The notes beneath the pieces were generated by a model. That model saw only the letters and a program-made list of their open reading frames with translations. It was not told the origin of the DNA and made no database searches. This document shows, piece after piece, positions 10,801-23,500 of a stretch of 64,000 nucleotides of DNA. This DNA comes from Antedon mediterranea (taxonomy: Eukaryota > Animalia > Echinodermata), in contig NC_092671.1 of NCBI RefSeq assembly GCF_964355755.1, forward strand, positions 39,132,304 to 39,196,303, in the 5' to 3' direction. Position numbers and translations under genes: made by a program. Position 1 is the first letter of the stretch. Each line of letters starts with the position of its first letter.

Positions 10801-13800
10801 TAATCCTGTCACTGTCAGGTTTGTTAATCCTGTCACTGTCAGGTTTGTTAATCCTGTCACTGTCAGGTTTGTTTAATCCTGTCACTGTCAGGTTTGTTAA
10901 TCCTGTCACTGTCAGGTTTGTTAATCCTGTCACTGTCAGGTTTGTTAATCCTGTCACTGTCAGGTTTGTTAATCCTGTCACTGTCAGGTTTGTTAATCCT
11001 GTCACTGTCAGGTTTGTTAATCCTGTCACTGTCAGGTTTGTTAATCCTGTCACTGTCAGGTTTGTTAATCCTGTCACTGTCAGGTTTGTTAATCCTGTCA
11101 CTGTCAGGTTTGTTAATCCTGTCACTGTCAGGTTTGTTAATCCTGTCACTGTCAGGTTTGTTAATCCTGTCACTGTCAGGTTTGTTAATCCTGTCACTGT
11201 CAGGTTTGTTAATCCTGTCACTGTCAGGTTTGTTAATCCTGTCACTGTCAGTTTGTTTAATCCTGTCACTGTCAGTTTGTTTAATCCTGTCACTGTCAGT
11301 TTGTTTAATCCTGTCACTGTCAGGTTTGTTAATCCTGTCACTGTCAGGTTTGTTAATCCTGTCACTGTCAGGTTTGTTAATCCTGTCACTGTCAGGTTTG
11401 TTAATCCTGTCACTGTCAGGTTTGTTAATCCTGTCACTGTCAGGTTTGTTAATCCTGTCACTGTCAGGTTTGTTAATCCTGTCACTGTCAGTTTGTTAAT
11501 CCTGTCACTGTCAGGTTTGTTAATCCTGTCACTGTCAGTTTGTTTAATCCTGTCACTGTCAGTTTGTTTAATCCTGTCACTGTCAGGTTTGTTTAATCCT
11601 GTCACTGTCAGGTTTGTTAATCCTGTCACTGTCAGGTTTGTTAATCCTGTCACTGTCAGGTTTGTTAATCCTGTCACTGTCAGTTTGTTTAATCCTGTCA
11701 CTGTCAGGTTTGTTAATCCTGTCACTGTCAGGTTTGTTAATCCTGTCACTGTCAGGTTTGTTAATCCTGTCACTGTCAGTTTGTTTAATCCTGTCACTGT
11801 CAGGTTTGTTAATCCTGTCACTGTCAGGTTTGTTAATCCTGTCACTGTCAGTTTGTTTAATCCTGTCACTGTCAGGTTTGTTAATCCTGTCACTGTCAGG
11901 TTTGTTAATCCTGTCACTGTCAGGTTTGTTAATCCTGTCACTGTCAGGTTTGTTAATCCAGTCACTGTCAGGTTTGTTAATCCTGTCACTGTCAGGTTTG
12001 TTAATCCTGTCACTGTCAGGTTTGTTAATCCTGTCACTGTCAGGTTTGTTAATCCTGTCACTGTCAGGTTTGTTAATCCTGTCACTGTCAGTTTGTTTAA
12101 TCCTGTCACTGTCAGGTTTGTTAATCCTGTCACTGTCAGGTTTGTTAATCCTGTCACTGTCAGTTTGTTTAATCCTGTCACTGTCAGGTTTGTTAATCCT
12201 GTCACTGTCAGGTTTGTTAATCCTGTCACTGTCAGGTTTGTTAATCCTGTCACTGTCAGTTTGTTTAATCCTGTCACTGTCAGGTTTGTTAATCCTGTCA
12301 CTGTCAGGTTTGTTAATCCTGTCACTGTCAGGTTTGTTAATCCTGTCACTGTCAGTTTGTTTAATCCTGTCACTGTCAGGTTTGTTAATCCTGTCACTGT
12401 CAGGTTTGTTAATCCTGTCACTGTCAGTTTGTTTAATCCTGTCACTGTCAGGTTTGTTAATCCTGTCACTGTCAGGTTGTTTAATCCTGTCACTGTCAGG
12501 TTTGTTAATCCTGTCACTGTCAGGTTTGTTAATCCTGTCACTGTCAGGTTTGTTAATCCTGTCACTGTCAGTTTGTTTAATCCTGTCACTGTCAGGTTTG
12601 TTAATCCTGTCACTGTCAGGTTTGTTAATCCTGTCACTGTCAGGTTTGTTAATCCTGTCACTGTCAGTTTGTTTAATCCTGTCACTGTCAGGTTTGTTAA
12701 TCCTGTCACTGTCAGGTTTGTTAATCCTGTCACTGTCAGTTTGTTTAATCCTGTCACTGTCAGGTTTGTTAATCCTGTCACTGTCAGGTTTGTTAATCCT
12801 GTCACTGTCAGTTTGTTAATCCTGTCACTGTCAGGTTTGTTAATCCTGTCACTGTCAGTTTGTTTAATCCTGTCACTGTCAGTTTGTTTAATCCTGTCAC
12901 TGTCAGGTTTGTTTAATCCTGTCACTGTCAGGTTTGTTAATCCTGTCACTGTCAGGTTTGTTAATCCTGTCACTGTCAGGTTTGTTAATCCTGTCACTGT
13001 CAGGTTTGTTAATCCTGTCACTGTCAGTTTGTTTAATCCTGTCACTGTCAGGTTTGTTAATCCTGTCACTGTCAGGTTTGTTAATCCTGTCACTGTCAGG
13101 TTTGTTAATCCTGTCACTGTCAGTTTGTTTAATCCTGTCACTGTCAGGTTTGTTAATCCTGTCACTGTCAGGTTTGTTAATCCTGTCACTGTCAGTTTGT
13201 TTAATCCTGTCACTGTCAGTTTGTTTAATCCTGTCACTGTCAGGTTTGTTAATCCTGTCACTGTCAGGTTTGTTAATCCTGTCACTGTCAGGTTTGTTAA
13301 TCCTGTCACTGTCAGGTTTGTTAATCCTGTCACTGTCAGGTTTGTTAATCCTGTCACTGTCAGGTTTGTTAATCCTGTCACTGTCAGGTTTGTTAATCCT
13401 GTCACTGTCAGGTTTGTTAATCCTGTCACTGTCAGGTTTGTTAATCCTGTCACTGTCAGTTTGTTTAATCCTGTCACTGTCAGGTTTGTTAATCCTGTCA
13501 CTGTCAGTTTGTTTAATCCTGTCACTGTCAGGTTTGTTAATCCTTTCACTGTCAGGTTTGTTAATCCTGTCACTGTCAGGTTTGTTAATCCTGTCACTGT
13601 CAGGTTTGTTAATCCTGTCACTGTCAGGTTTGTTAATCCTGTCACTGTCAGGTTTGTTAATCCTGTCACTGTCAGGTTTGTTAATCCTGTCACTGTCAGG
13701 TTTGTTAATCCTGTCACTGTAATGGGTTTTGTTCTGTTTATTTGTATTGTATCAACATGTTTTTAGTTGACGAAATAAATCAAATGATGATAAATGTGAT

Positions 13801-15248
13801 GCAGTAGTAAAAGCCAAGTACCATCGTCGTCTTCAGCGGGCTGTATACTCATCCTTGCTTCAGGTCTTTGCTGCACTGGGTCATCAGATTGATGTTGAGC
13901 TGCAGACAAAATTAAAAATAAGACACAAAATATATATTTTTTAGTACTGTACATTATATTTCATAGAATTTACGGTATACTGAATTGTATACCGCACAAA
14001 AACTTAAATAGTACTGTATACAATTATGAAGAACTATATTTTCTTTAGTAACTTTTCAATTAAAAATTGTGTTTTATTACCTTTAGTTTTGGCAACGACC
14101 CAAGCCTGGTAGGCGGATGAGTTATGATAAGCCTTTATTGCTAAGTTATAATCAGCCTGAAATTATAAAAATCTATAATAATTAATATATGGGAATGAAA
14201 TTTCATATGCTGGTAAAAAATATAAATGTTGAATTTTATGCTGTAAGTTTGTTTAAAAATTAAATTTTAATATATATTTTATAAATCATCCCATTGATAC
14301 TGAACTATAGCCTTTGTGATAAAAACAAATAACATTTAATTTTATGATGATGTTTGTTAACCTTTTCACTTTCATATTCATCAACATAAACTTGTTTTGC
14401 GTCCTCAGATAGTTCTCGCCACATGTGTCCAATAACTTTGCCAATCTCCCAGAGCTTCATCTCAGGGTTTTCTTGTTTTACCTTATCCCAGACACTACGA
14501 CTATATCGCATGTAGGGCATAAGGGGTTTCTCTGGCGGTTTGGGTTGTTTTGGCATTCGACTGTCATATCCCTTTTAAAAGAATAGAAACAATTAGCATA
14601 ATAAGGACTAATAATAATAATAATAAATATAGCAATATAATAAAATATACGATATATCATAATTATATGGATGTTTTAAATTTAAAATACCTTTGATCGG
14701 GAACCAGCTGGATGAGTTCCAATCAAACCAGGAGAGCCATGACCTCCCTGTCTCCCAACTGAAAATTAAAAACAAAACAAAATTTACTAATTTAAAATAA
14801 CTAAATTTTTGAAGAACAATAATCATTCTCTTTTAATTTATTTAAATTAAATCAATCTAGGCATAGGCAAGCTACTGTACTGTCCTATCTATCAGTATCA
14901 TATCATTAATTATATCATTTTTTTTAATCCATTAATTAATATTGACTTCCAAGAAATTAAAGGAAAAAGAAATTTAAATCTAATTCAACTGTTAAATTTT
15001 GGGCTTAATTAAATCATAGCTAGGCTAGGCACAATCTTATCGAGCTAGGCCTAGATGCAAACGATCAATAACAGAAGGCACGGCTCATTAGCCGGCCGTA
15101 GCCGTGCCTTCTGTGAGGCCGGTAATTCCTTGTCTGAAGCGCGAGAAGGATGGCCAAAATAGATCCCAGGAATACACATTTTATACTCATGTAAAATCTT
15201 TAATATCAACAAGAAATTAGCTAATACATTACCTGATCGTCTATGCAT
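7858..15248 (-). CDS. SMARCE1: SWI/SNF (BAF) complex HMG-box subunit BAF57
   Basis: Phase-consistent GT-AG exons: 15233-15248, 14691-14758, 14362-14571, 14081-14156, 13822-13899, 9741-9913, 9293-9394, 8734-9166, 7858-8078. Diagnostic peptides: [23 protein letters not shown]...[11 protein letters not shown] (HMG box), [47 protein letters not shown] (NHRLI), [26 protein letters not shown], then an acidic tail. Confidence 0.96.
8148..8338. mobile_element. MITE family B (TIR agctctgtctacactatcaaact, TAA/TTA flanks), the most abundant element in the window
   Basis: About 20 full or partial copies, e.g. 9584-9715, ~24063-24180, 24529-24688, ~26950-26990, ~37463-37580, ~39217-39355, ~40993-41130, ~41444-41592, ~41684-41785, 46374-46534, ~47298-47435, ~48938-49067, ~50120-50288, 51685-52217, ~55940-56102, 57825-57980, 59886-60052, ~60407-60489, ~62858-63121. 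They share the internal motif aaatatggtagtgatatgacatcatcatgtccatatatgggcacatcaca. Confidence 0.88.
8355..8612 (+). mobile_element. 3' end of a LINE with a (TAAAA)n tail
   Basis: Reverse-complement match to ~17720-17985; ends ctgaataaaataaaataaaat. Confidence 0.8.
10005..13720. repeat. 3.7-kb 24-bp minisatellite (~155 units) in SMARCE1 intron 5
   Basis: Unit gttaatcctgtcactgtcaggttt, with variants (cagtttgttt; 23- and 25-bp indel units). Confidence 0.98.
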
Positions 15249-15479
15249 GTTTTAAAGTGCTTAACTCTTCAAAAAAAATTTATAAATGTGTAAAATCTGA
15301 CCAAAAATAGGCCTCTCCAGGCCTAGACAACAAAAACTGAACAAAGAAACATTGAAGCCGATGTTAAAACACGGAATGCATCAAACACCGGCGGTCCAAA
15401 ATTGGTGACTCAACCAAAGAACTTATAAAAAGCTCGGTTACAAAATGTAGAGGTCCGAAACAATAAATACAAATGAATT

Positions 15480-15940
15480 GCTGAGGCGAGCTTTATATTT
15501 AAATATTTCAGATTTAATTACCGTATTTAATAATTAGGTATATACATATACAATATTTCTACATAACCTAAATATAATAGTTTTCATTTCTTTGATTTAT
15601 TTATTGAAATAAGTAAATACACAAACAGTATTTGAGAACTTTTTATTTTATGTCCTGATTAATATTAATTTTAATAATGCTAAATTTGAATAAATAAAAA
15701 TGAATGCTGCTGAGGCGAGCTTTATATTTAAATATTTCAGATTTAATTACCGTATTTAATAATTTAGTATATACATATACCTGCATATACAATATTTCTA
15801 AATAATCTAAATATAATAGTTTTTATTTCTTTGATTTATTTATTGAAATAAGTAAATACACAAACAGTATTTGAGAACTTTTTATTTTATGTCCTGATTA
15901 TATTAAATTTAATAATGCTAAATTTGAATAAAGAGAATGC
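15480..15940. repeat. ~230-bp tandem duplication between the FYCO1 3' end and the SMARCE1 start
   Basis: Near-identical copies starting gctgaggcgagctttatatttaaatatttcag at ~15480 and ~15709. Confidence 0.9.
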
Positions 15941-16316
15941 ATGAAGCATTACAAAATTATGATACAACAAAAACTCATTACAGTACTTTACAATTTTCTG
16001 AACACAATCTGGGCTCAATCGTGAATAGCACAACTTGTTGGCCTATAGTTAACATTTCAAAATGCCAAGTAAGATTTTAATAATTTTGCATTAATATTTA
16101 CAGTAGTACTGCAGGCCTACAGAAAGTTGAACAAACTAGAAAACAAAAAATGTCATTTATTTAATCCTTTTAAAGATAATAGCTAGGATACCAAATTCAT
16201 TAAAAATTAAAACTATACTGGAAGAACCTGAGTCCTGAGAGTGAAAGGCAATAATCAATGGCAATCAACCTGCTTAATGAACCAACACGGTAATACATAA
16301 CTTGAGCTACCGTTAA

Positions 16317-16861
16317 AGATGTATTGTCCCTTTGACTAATTCCCAAAAAATTTTTTTTTTTTTATTTCGAAAAAAAGTGGGTCATTTTGAAGTATCATAA
16401 TAGTTATTAACTTTCACATAAAATTAGTAAAAAAAAAAATAATTTAACCGAAATACAGATGTTTTTTTGTTCAAAAAATAACTTTGACTTCCAGTCAAAG
16501 TTTTCAATCAAAACATATCCCATAATGCAATGCACTTGTTTGGCTACTCTGTTTGCATAATCATAAAACTTCCTCGCGATCTGTGTGAAAACACCTTCTC
16601 AACCGTGATGAGTTGTAAACAATCCTAATTAGCATCATGCATAATGCATACTCATGGTTTGAAATCTTTGTTTACTTTCGCTTGCGACGATTTCTCAGAT
16701 GAAATGTAATCTAATTAATTTACCTGTTAATTACGTAAACTGTTGTTTTTGGCTCGAATTTTCGACTTAAAGTGAATAACTTTAATATTACTTTGGTATG
16801 GCCAATTTAAATTTAGAATATTTTTTTTTTCCTTTTTTGTGTTTCAAGGGACAATACATCT
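16317..16861. mobile_element. TTAA-TSD DNA element (Kolobok-like) flanked by a 41-bp direct repeat
   Basis: TIR agatgtattgtccct / agggacaatacatct. Direct repeat at 16274-16314 and 16862-16902. Confidence 0.8.
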
Positions 16862-16945
16862 TTAATGAACCAACACGGTAATACATAACTTGAGCTACCG
16901 TTTCTAATCAAAGAACTATTTTAATCTTTTGTTCTGCATTCTTGG

Positions 16946-17081
16946 GCTTGGTTCTCAGGATGCAAAGCAAGGACGTAGAAGCAATGCAAACCTGTCGACC
17001 AATCACAAGCGATAGTCTAATAATTCCATCGCTTGTGATTGGTTAAATCCCTTATGTTGCGTCTCTAGTGGGAACCAACCA
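16946..17081. mobile_element. MITE family A copy (others at ~49667-49795 and ~58551-58680)
   Basis: gcttggttctca...gaccaatcacaagcgat...atcgcttgtgattgg...ctagtgggaaccaa. Confidence 0.75.
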
Positions 17082-17584
17082 TAAGCCTCATTTTGCTATG
17101 AACAAAAAAATACAGCACTAACTGAATGATTTTTAACCATTTTACTATCTACCGGCCTACCCCCGAAAAAATGTGAAAATCAGAAAACTTAATTCAGATT
17201 TGTTTATTGAATTAAAACATGGTCACTTATTTACTGTCTGTTTATAAAGTCATGTGATGTTGAACACCCAATCAGTGCACTGCATTGGATGAATATAAAG
17301 TATAAATTCTGAGATTTAAAAGCAAGCATTTTAAGCCGCATAGTGTTACACAATCATTAGGTATCAATACTGGACAACTGAATAAAAATGTGTTGTGTTG
17401 GACTAGTGCAAGGCCACAGAGAGGTAAAAATTGACGAGGCAAAGATGCTTTAAATATAATTATTAATATAAAATTATTGATGCCAGATCAGTGTGCTGAG
17501 GAATTTAATTAGGGTGGGTGATGAAAATTGGAAATTGAAGACGAGGCGCAGTCATGCTGGCTACAGCCCTGTAGTGAGTGAGGT

Positions 17585-20500
17585 TTAGTATGTTGCTTCA
17601 TTTGTTTTAACTTGCAAACGATACTTGACAATCTTGCCTGTAAATCTGTGAAGAAAGGAATAAACACACTATAAACCAAGTCACTTTTAAAAATGAAATA
17701 AGAACAATACATATTTTTATTTTATTTTTATTTTTTTATTTTATTCAATCAAAACCAACAGCGATAAATACCGCCACTAACAGGTTTGAAACATAAAACA
17801 ATACAACATAAAAAACGGTTAACAATAAAATACAGATAAAATATATATATATATATATAAAACATAGATTGGCATGCCATAAACAATTTCAATTAAAACA
17901 GGTTATGCAGGCTGTTCAAGAAGTGAACACATAATCGTCCTCTTAAAATAACCAAGTCTATCATTAAAAATATCGATATGATTGCTATTTAGATTATTAA
18001 ATGTATAAGGTAGTCTATGAAAAAGTCCCCTCTTAGTACAGTCGACACGGCTAAAAGGAATATGCAATAAATGTCTATTTCGTGTACGACCAGGAACATT
18101 TAAACTAAATAGTGAAATTAATGAACAGTCATATTTAGAATTTAAAATATTATATAAAAAAACCATATCAGATATCGTTCGACGATTGCTGACAGAATCA
18201 ATGGAAAAGGCAAAATTAACACAGTTATAAGACAGGAATCGAACAAACTTCCGTTGAACAGTGTCGATTCGACGGGCCTGACATGGAGAAATTGAATTGA
18301 AAATTGCGGAACAATATTCAAGGTGAGCATGAGGTGTTCCTTCCCTTTACCAATTTTGCTGATTTCTGACCATCATTTTAGGGATTAAGGTCTAGGACTG
18401 TTAATTGCATTTTAATTGGATTACGATAATAGCTTGTTTAGATTAGGAAGTTTATTGCTTAAGCAAGGTCAGCTAGTGCTCTCTACCAAGTAAGCTGGAA
18501 CTACTTTCTAAATTCATTAGCTCTGGTGTTATGTTTGTATTATAGGATTTCTTTTTCTACTATAATAATATGTGCTTTATTATAATATATATATATGTAC
18601 AGTATTGTCACCCAAAAACATGAAAAATGAATATTTTATTTATTTTTTAAATACGCAATTTTGCAGATGCAAAAAATGTTTTCTCTTTAATAAAAAGGTA
18701 AATTCAATCAAAAACCATTGACTTTCAGTCAATTTGATTTTTTTTTTCTATAAATTGTTTTTTTTTTATCCAATTTTTGGTCAAAGTAAATATCTTATGG
18801 GACTACATACACCTCCTTGGCAGAGATAAAATATTGTCTTGAAAAAGTGAATAAAATATTGAATATGTTATTGTCATTTATAGGTATTTCAACTCCTAAT
18901 TAAAACATTTTTCTACCAATTGCAATTTTCTACCCAATTGAAACATTGTACTATCCATTTTTTTTAGCTTTCATGCTAGCCAAATCAGGGGCGTTTCGGC
19001 CTATGGACGATTCGTCCCGAGACGTTTCGGCCCACTTTTTTTATGTCGAAACGTCAAACTTTTATAATTTTAAGCAGAACAAAATTGTATGTATAAAATT
19101 TTATTGCCGATAACAAAACTGTGTTTTATATTGTTTATATCCAGACGTAATTAAAATTATAAATTTAATTGCCACCGAGCAAAATTGTAGTGTAGGCTGA
19201 GGCTAGACCCTAACTAATCCGTCCAAGCTACGCCCGCCTCACTCATCGGCCATCCATGGTCCGCCGTCTCTCGATCGACTCATCTATCCTACCGCGAGAG
19301 AAGCATGATGTTGGTCTCAATTATTAGTCTTAGATTATTAGTTTGAAAACAGCTTAGGGCATTTCTTAAGTGATTTTTTATTCAACGTATTCTTCCTTGA
19401 TGAATCCTTTGCCCATTGCTAGGCTGTGTAAATCAGTAATTAAAGTTGTGATGCGAAAAGTGTGTGTAATTATTCCACAGGTAAAACAAATAGGCATAAG
19501 AAACCAATCGCACAGGACCTCGTGGTGTGCCGAGGAGAGACTATCTTCTCGAGCGGAAGATCATCGTAAACAAAATTGGTAGAGTCCATTAAGTATGGGG
19601 TTGTTTACTATTTACGAACATATTAAACACGCGCTTCGACCACTGTGTAGGCAAAATATTGATTTTGTTAAATCCCTAAATTGATAATTGCGTATTCTGT
19701 AATCACATGACTGATGATGTAATTCTCAGCGACCTACTAAATGCACATGATTTAATATGTTGGGAAAAAGCTTGCTGTTTATAATGCACATCGTTAACAT
19801 CTATGCTGCCACATGATTCACGGTGCTATTCGCGTTTCTTGGCGTAAATTGGCTGGCGCGTAAATGAAACAATTGATTTTACCAAATTGGTTCCTATTAC
19901 TATTTAGCCGTTGTCGACATAGCGATCGGCGGCTAAGCTAAACTTACACTAGCAAACATTTGCTAGTTTTGACATTTTCAACTACCAATTATCAAGAATC
20001 TACTAGCAAAATGCTAGTTTGCTAGCGTGAATTTCGAGCCCTGTTATATATAAAATTAATACGCCATTCAATCAAGTAAACCATCTACATGCTCTCGACC
20101 ACGTGTACTGTGCAGCGACCACAAATTGTATTTTTTCTTAGCAGCCGCGCGACTCGGTCACTTAATTACGCACAAGAAAAATAGTTCGGAAATTTTATTA
20201 CATCAAAATAAATTAAATCGTTTTTTCTCAATAATTAATATAATCATAATATTGACATTATAATATAACAATATTTACTGCAAAATAACGTGATTTAAGT
20301 GTTACAAATAGATATACTAAAACAGCATTACGTCTTATGTAGGCCTAGTGCATGCATCATCGAGGAATTACTATCACTACGCTCATTGACATGATTGAAA
20401 TGTATTTTAACTTTCTTCTAGCTCCACGTAAACTTAACCGATTTTCACGATTCGAACATGTAAAAACAATATTTTTTTATAATGAATACAACTGTATGAA

Positions 20501-23500
20501 TACTTTTATTTTTTTCTTTACGGAAACATTTATTTTATTTTGTTTGCTATATACACTGTATCTGTTTATCTTGCACTGTCGGACCACAAGCTGTGATTTA
20601 TTGCAACTGGCTCTCGTAAATCGCAGCTCTTTACTTTGATACCAAGGTTAGTTGTCACTAGTGAAAATTGAGGTTGGCCGACCCGCTATAGCTTTATATA
20701 TGACGGGTTAGCTGGTAAAGGGAAGGAACACGGCATGGGACGTATGATAGATTTGTATAAAGATACTTTATACCATACATAAAAATACTTAACCACTGTG
20801 AATAGGTTACAAGACAGTAGGCTATGTATTTGTATATAGTATTATATAAATGCGATTGCAGAATGTTACTTTTTTATCTCAACATTATAGGAATTCATGT
20901 TTTTTATGTGTGTTATTCATTTTATGTAAGTATTTCGATGTAGAGAGCCTCTCGATGGTTTATTTTTATTTATAACTTTCAGGTGATCCTGCATCATTGA
21001 TTTACTTTTGTACTGTTTTTAGTCGCGTGGACGCGACTCTATAGTTCATTATGTCGGTCGGTCGGTCTGTCTGTTGGTCCGGTATCACTATGCGTTTTAG
21101 CACGCGACTTATGGCTGTTGGCCTTGTTATTTCTTACTTTCCACTGTATTTTGAAATTTGGTGCAATAAATGATATGATATTTGTCTATAGGAAAGACAT
21201 AGTAAAGATGCATATACAGTATACATTGTTGTCTATAGTTATTTCTTGTATACAATTACTTTACTAACCGTGAGAAGGAGTTGTCAAAGACCAGAGTGTA
21301 CGTTCCAGCCTGTTTGGTGGTCAATTCACCCTGAATAGCTTCACGATGAGAATTGCACCGACATAGTGGAATCAGCTCCTCTATAGCAGCACCCTCTGAC
21401 ATGCCTTGAAACAGCACAGCAAAAGCGACACTCTGAAAAACAACAAATGTGAAAATTCAACTAGACCATTCAATTCAGCAGTAGTCGTATATTATTGGAC
21501 CAGATTCTGTCTAATTTGGTAGTGAGATAAAGGTTGACTCACGATATCTTATTTTATTTATTTTTATTTATTTTATTCAATTTTCAGGCACAAAAATACA
21601 AAACAACAAGACAGCGGTGCAGCACCCTGAGGATTGCCATGAGTGCAAAGCACTATCGAGATGGCTCTCCATATACTGCACTTCAACACCTTAAAGTGTC
21701 TTTCACACCTGTTCCAGCACGGTTTTGGTCCGGTGAATCGAGCTGGGTGATATTATCGCCCAGTGGCGTAACACAGAGGGCTAAGGCCCCTTGTGAGGAA
21801 CTGCTGTAGGCCTTGGGCGTTTTCGACATATTTAAATGCCTGTTTTTTCCTCAGGACACTGCTCAGGGGCCCCTGCGTTTAGTAAGTAAGCACTCATAGC
21901 CTAGGTGTGAAAAACCCTTAATAAATTTCCCATTGCTGGTATGATATTATTTTTATTTTAACTGAAAAGCATTATAATCAGTTGTTTACCTTCGGACTTG
22001 ATTTAAACTCCCACAAAATGCTTACTCCAGGTTCGTCCACCATGATGGGGATTCCGTGACCAACTCCGGCATCAATGTCAAGTTCAATGAACTCATCAGA
22101 GTTTTCCTCAATATTTGCTACTGTTTTTGTATCCCACATAACCAAACTGTAAGACAGAAAGTCAACATTAGCGTTGTAACGCACAACTCTTTTAACTCCA
22201 ATCCTAAGCCTTAAATGAGACTTAGTTTATAAGCATGATAAATTATTCTAAATAGTTTATCTTTCCTGTAATTGACGAAAAAAAATATTAATTATTATAC
22301 TGGTTTTTCTTATTTATCTGCTTCTTATGCAAATTGGTTGAATTTTAGTAGAACTTTGGCAAATTTGGACACCTACTGTACAAAGCGTCTCCTTATAGGG
22401 TGTCCTATAATAGCTGTTCGATTGGTCTCCTTTTTTTTTCCGTTTTGCAAAATTTTGTTGTTGTTTTTAGTTTCATGGCTGCATTTCTCATGGCTTTCAC
22501 TAGCGCCTTGAGCACTTTGTGGATATGTATGCGCTATAAATCTTATTATTATTATTATTATTATTGCCGTTGATTCATTTCACAGGATAGTGTCCCCTTA
22601 ATAGGTGATCTATAGACTTGACCCAAGTCTGTATTTATGGTCTTTTTTATGTTAGTCCACCAGTTAACGTTTCAATTTTTGTCTGCTCAAGTAGTATACA
22701 TATGAATTTATTTATCTTTTCACTAATATTAAGTAAAAACTCCGTCTGGAACCCAAACTACTGTATAGTAGGTGCTCTACTGCAGTTACCTTTCTTCGTT
22801 AACTGTTCTTGTCTGTGTTTCGTCATCATCCTCAATAACTCTAATCACGCTGATTTCATCCTCACTTATGATTGAGAACTCATCTCCTTCTGCCTTGGTA
22901 GGAGTGCCTGCTGGGGACCTCTGTAGCAATGGTGAATTGGGAACATTCTGAATGTGTTGATCACTGTAAATAAAAATTGGAAGATATTGATTATTATTTC
23001 TAGTGAGTGAGTGGCCGAGTGGTTAAGACAGAAGAACCGTAATTACGTAGTCATAACATTGGCAGGGGTTCGAGGCTCATTCACTTCATGGTTCTGTTGG
23101 TAGAAAGAGTCTTCTCGGATAAGGACCATAAACCGTATGTCCAGTGTACACATCTAGCTCGTGTGCACTTTAAAGAACCTAGTACATCTTTCAAGACGAG
23201 TAGGGGGTTACCCCGGTGTATTAGTACATCACAGCCACTGATCACCAACTGGGCCCTCTGGGAGACCAGTCTTTGAAGAGGTTACCCAGTATAAATATAT
23301 ATTTTTATTATTATTATTTCAAAAATAATTATCAAGGGTGATGGTTGACCTAGAAGCACACACTCTCCTTTTGACAACTGAAAATAAATAAATCTATTTT
23401 TGACAGACTATTAATATTATATGTCAAAGTACCACCACCCTTAAACAAATCTTGGATATGCCTCTATCAATACACAACTTTCAACCAGTTTATATAATAA

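Noticed and set aside
10766-13766. 983-aa and 989-aa ORFs with (LTVTGLTN)n or (FVNPVTVR)n repeats, superficially like TxT ice-binding or beta-helix proteins
   Set aside because: They are translations of a 24-bp repeat that is stop-free in several frames on both strands. They have no true ATG or signal peptide and lie inside a SMARCE1 intron bounded by phase-compatible exons.
15071-15175. HDV-like ribozyme or telomerase RNA interpretation of the SMARCE1 intron structure
   Set aside because: A 7-bp helix with a G-U wobble resembles HDV P1, but P3/L3 and the catalytic junction do not fit, and there is no CUAACCCU template nearby. It is kept only as an unclassified structure.
18986-20043. Single 1-kb transposon bounded by cagggg...ccctg in the last FYCO1 intron
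   Set aside because: The ends match over only a few bases and no TSD is evident. It is probably a composite of unrelated fragments.
22063-22110. Second LIR-like motif (SDE-FIEL) in FYCO1
   Set aside because: It most likely forms the first beta-strand of the GOLD domain; the motif at 22852-22890 matches the known LIR better.
23003-23085. Possible tRNA genes at SINE heads (also ~6958, ~30400, ~55046)
   Set aside because: The cloverleafs are degenerate and continue into multi-copy SINE bodies.
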